Assembly (NCBI GenBank): GCA_042217545.1
Contig: JBDGSM010000065.1
Coordinates: 1 to 15,254 of the forward strand
From: Candidatus Nanohalobium sp.
Lineage (GTDB): Archaea > Nanohalarchaeota > Nanosalinia > Nanosalinales > Nanosalinaceae
DNA: 15,254 nt
Direction: 5' to 3'
Shown here: positions 15,068 through 15,254 of the stretch, piece after piece
Layout: each line of letters opens with the position of its first letter
Position numbering within the stretch: position 1 is the stretch's first letter
Made by a program: the position numbers and the translations under genes
Notes under the pieces: generated by a model
Database searches by the model: none
Told to the model about the DNA's origin: nothing
What the model saw: only the letters and a program-made list of their open reading frames with translations

Positions 15068-15199
15068 AAGGCCTTGAAAGCCAGAGAATCCTGACCGGTC
15101 ATTTGTTCACAACGGCACAGGGATCAGGATATTTAAACCCGGAACAGAAAAATTATGTTATGGAGATGAGCACCGCATTCTACGAGGTGAAGATTTGAG

Positions 15200-15254
15200 A
15201 TGTCGAGTAAGGAAGAGAAGCTTAACGAGCCTCTTGACGATCTTGGTGATGTTC
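15200..15254 (+). CDS. Start of an unidentified CDS (truncated by window edge)
   Basis: GAGGTGA RBS at 15184-15190, then MSSKEEKLNEPLDDLGDV. TTTAAA lies at 15132-15137. Confidence 0.6.
   Translation, partial: MSSKEEKLNEPLDDLGDV

Larger units (their letters stand above)
232..15074. repeat. Dispersed highly iterated palindrome AGGCCT (about 55 copies)
   Basis: Hand-located starts: 232,305,491,732,2113,2747,2894,3177,3643,3776,4171,5160,5344,5396,5424,5741,6009,6185,6247,6607,6832,6953,7157,7384,7478,7707,7750,7959,8030,8701,8744,9191,9376,9782,10241,10274,10538,10677,10870,10950,11170,11312,11728,11813,12119,12314,12635,12831,12905,13199,13331,13807,13894,14463,15069. Confidence 0.9.

Noticed and set aside
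232..15074. AGGCCT copies as CRISPR or tandem repeat
   Set aside because: Only 6-10 bp are shared, spacing is irregular, and most copies lie inside intact genes.
15160..15190. GGAGATG leader as a fluoride riboswitch
   Set aside because: It lacks the complementary stem and the downstream conserved elements.

Overview
This is a compact archaeal housekeeping region. The very acidic proteins, short spacers, TATA-like boxes and GAGGTGA ribosome-binding sites suggest a halophilic archaeon, most plausibly Nanohaloarchaeota (inference). In order it holds: the TBP 3' end; pterin-4a-carbinolamine dehydratase; MCM helicase with a 532-aa LAGLIDADG intein carrying two XRE-type HTH modules; an RPA32-like protein; aIF-2beta; a reverse-strand cluster of an archaeal VLRF1 protein, endonuclease III and a CrtEb/LyeJ-like UbiA prenyltransferase; a single-OB SSB; a probable pseudogene; a DRG GTPase; rpS8e; an Lsm-rpL37e-hypothetical-tRNA-Lys run; tRNA-Ile; a hypothetical gene; and a processive GT2. 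Both tRNAs carry hairpin-rich introns. The strongest unexplained signal is the palindrome AGGCCT: about 55 copies by hand count versus about 4 expected, in all reading frames and many intergenic regions, resembling a HIP1-like highly iterated palindrome.
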